A DNA stretch of 64,000 bases, from NCBI GenBank assembly GCA_000708835.1, contig DF237270.1, positions 1-64,000 on the forward strand, given 5' to 3'. Origin of the DNA: Klebsormidium nitens. Taxonomy: Eukaryota; Plantae; Klebsormidiophyceae. The translations under genes were made by a program, and so were the position numbers. Position 1 is the first letter of the stretch; each line of letters begins with the position of its first letter. The notes under the pieces are model-generated. The model ran no database searches. It worked only from the letters and a program-made list of their open reading frames with translations, and was not told where the DNA came from. Positions 63,401-64,000 of this stretch are shown here, one piece after another.

Positions 63401-64000
63401 AAGAGAAAAGAAAGGTCCGCCAACAGGAGCCGGCAATGGGTTGTTTCAGAGCTTCTCGCTCCGTTTTACTCGAAGAGCACACATTAGCATTTGAACTCCG
63501 TCTCCTCCACAATTTTTGTCTATCCGGAAGCGATTCATTAAAGCCCAGCAAAGCGAGATCGAAAAGAAACCGACCCAGGCCCAAACCGCGAACGTCCTTG
63601 CTTCGTGAAACTGGGGACCAGATGCTTCACCTCGATATGTATCACAAATGCGCAGGCAGGACGAAAGCGGGGACCAAACGGGGTGGCCAGATGTCCCGTC
63701 TCCGGTATGTCTGACTTGCTTGTGTTTGCGAAAGCTCGAACTTGTGTGGTTAGATATTTGCCCCAGTCAAAAAGGCCTCCAAATCACGGTAGCATTCAAA
63801 ACAGTTCACGAAGGCGATTAGACGAAACCGTCGATACCTTGCCCTTATTCAACGGGTATATGACTAAGGTTCATGAGGTTCTTGAAAGGTTCAATTGTCT
63901 TGCAGAAATGTGGGTGCCCGGAGGACTGATGTGCGGCGTCCTTTTGGCGACCTTGCTGGGCATCTTCCTGGCGCGAAAAGGCCTTTCCTTCGCCGGCGCC
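60419..64000 (+). CDS. Choline-transporter-like (CTL/SLC44, PNS1-like) membrane protein with long low-complexity N-terminus; 1-bp frameshift near 61366-61399 as assembled; 3' end beyond window
   Basis: Exons 60419-61583, 62179-62663, 63139-63330, 63906->64000 join in phase (HEE R|LSVLEQRL; KGG|ADSG; LSR Q|MWVP) once one base is added in a G run. Transmembrane segments include CREAQDEGYAALYYVYMAFLLGLAAY, LLLVAFLLALARAF and LLGIFLARKGLSFAGA. The family assignment rests on a partial membrane domain. Confidence 0.65.

Noticed and set aside
1-64000. tRNA, rRNA, intact transposase, reverse transcriptase or integrase genes
   Set aside because: None was recognisable by inspection. A tRNAscan-SE, Infernal or RepeatMasker run would be needed to exclude them formally.

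Overview
Eukaryotic nuclear DNA with many GT-AG introns, GC-rich exons and no operons, rRNA, tRNA or CRISPR arrays seen. Streptophyte-type genes plus an interstitial TTTTAGGG tract suggest a Klebsormidium-like charophyte alga (inference). Nine multi-exon genes were rebuilt by hand by checking splice phase: an orphan coiled-coil gene (+, 5' end unresolved); a GH36 raffinose synthase/seed-imbibition-family gene (-); a tail-to-tail pair of SLC43/FMP42-like MFS transporters; SRR1; a bacterial-like DUF427 gene; a type II (K+-independent) H+-pyrophosphatase; an FPA-like RRM+SPOC gene; a SAM + PD-(D/E)xK-like gene with a transit-peptide-like N-terminus; and a CTL/SLC44-like transporter running off the window end (the MFS pair counts as two genes, so ten loci in all). 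The most unusual signal is that introns repeatedly hold decayed tandem copies ('echoes') of their own splice junctions. These occur in at least five genes and at five sites in the H+-PPase. One echo nearly reproduces a spliced exon-exon junction, and one exon carries an in-frame insertion copied from the next exon between 12-bp direct repeats. Several fold-back/MITE-like elements sit in introns. Two 1-bp frameshifts at homopolymers are probably assembly errors. All identities were judged by eye; no searches were run.
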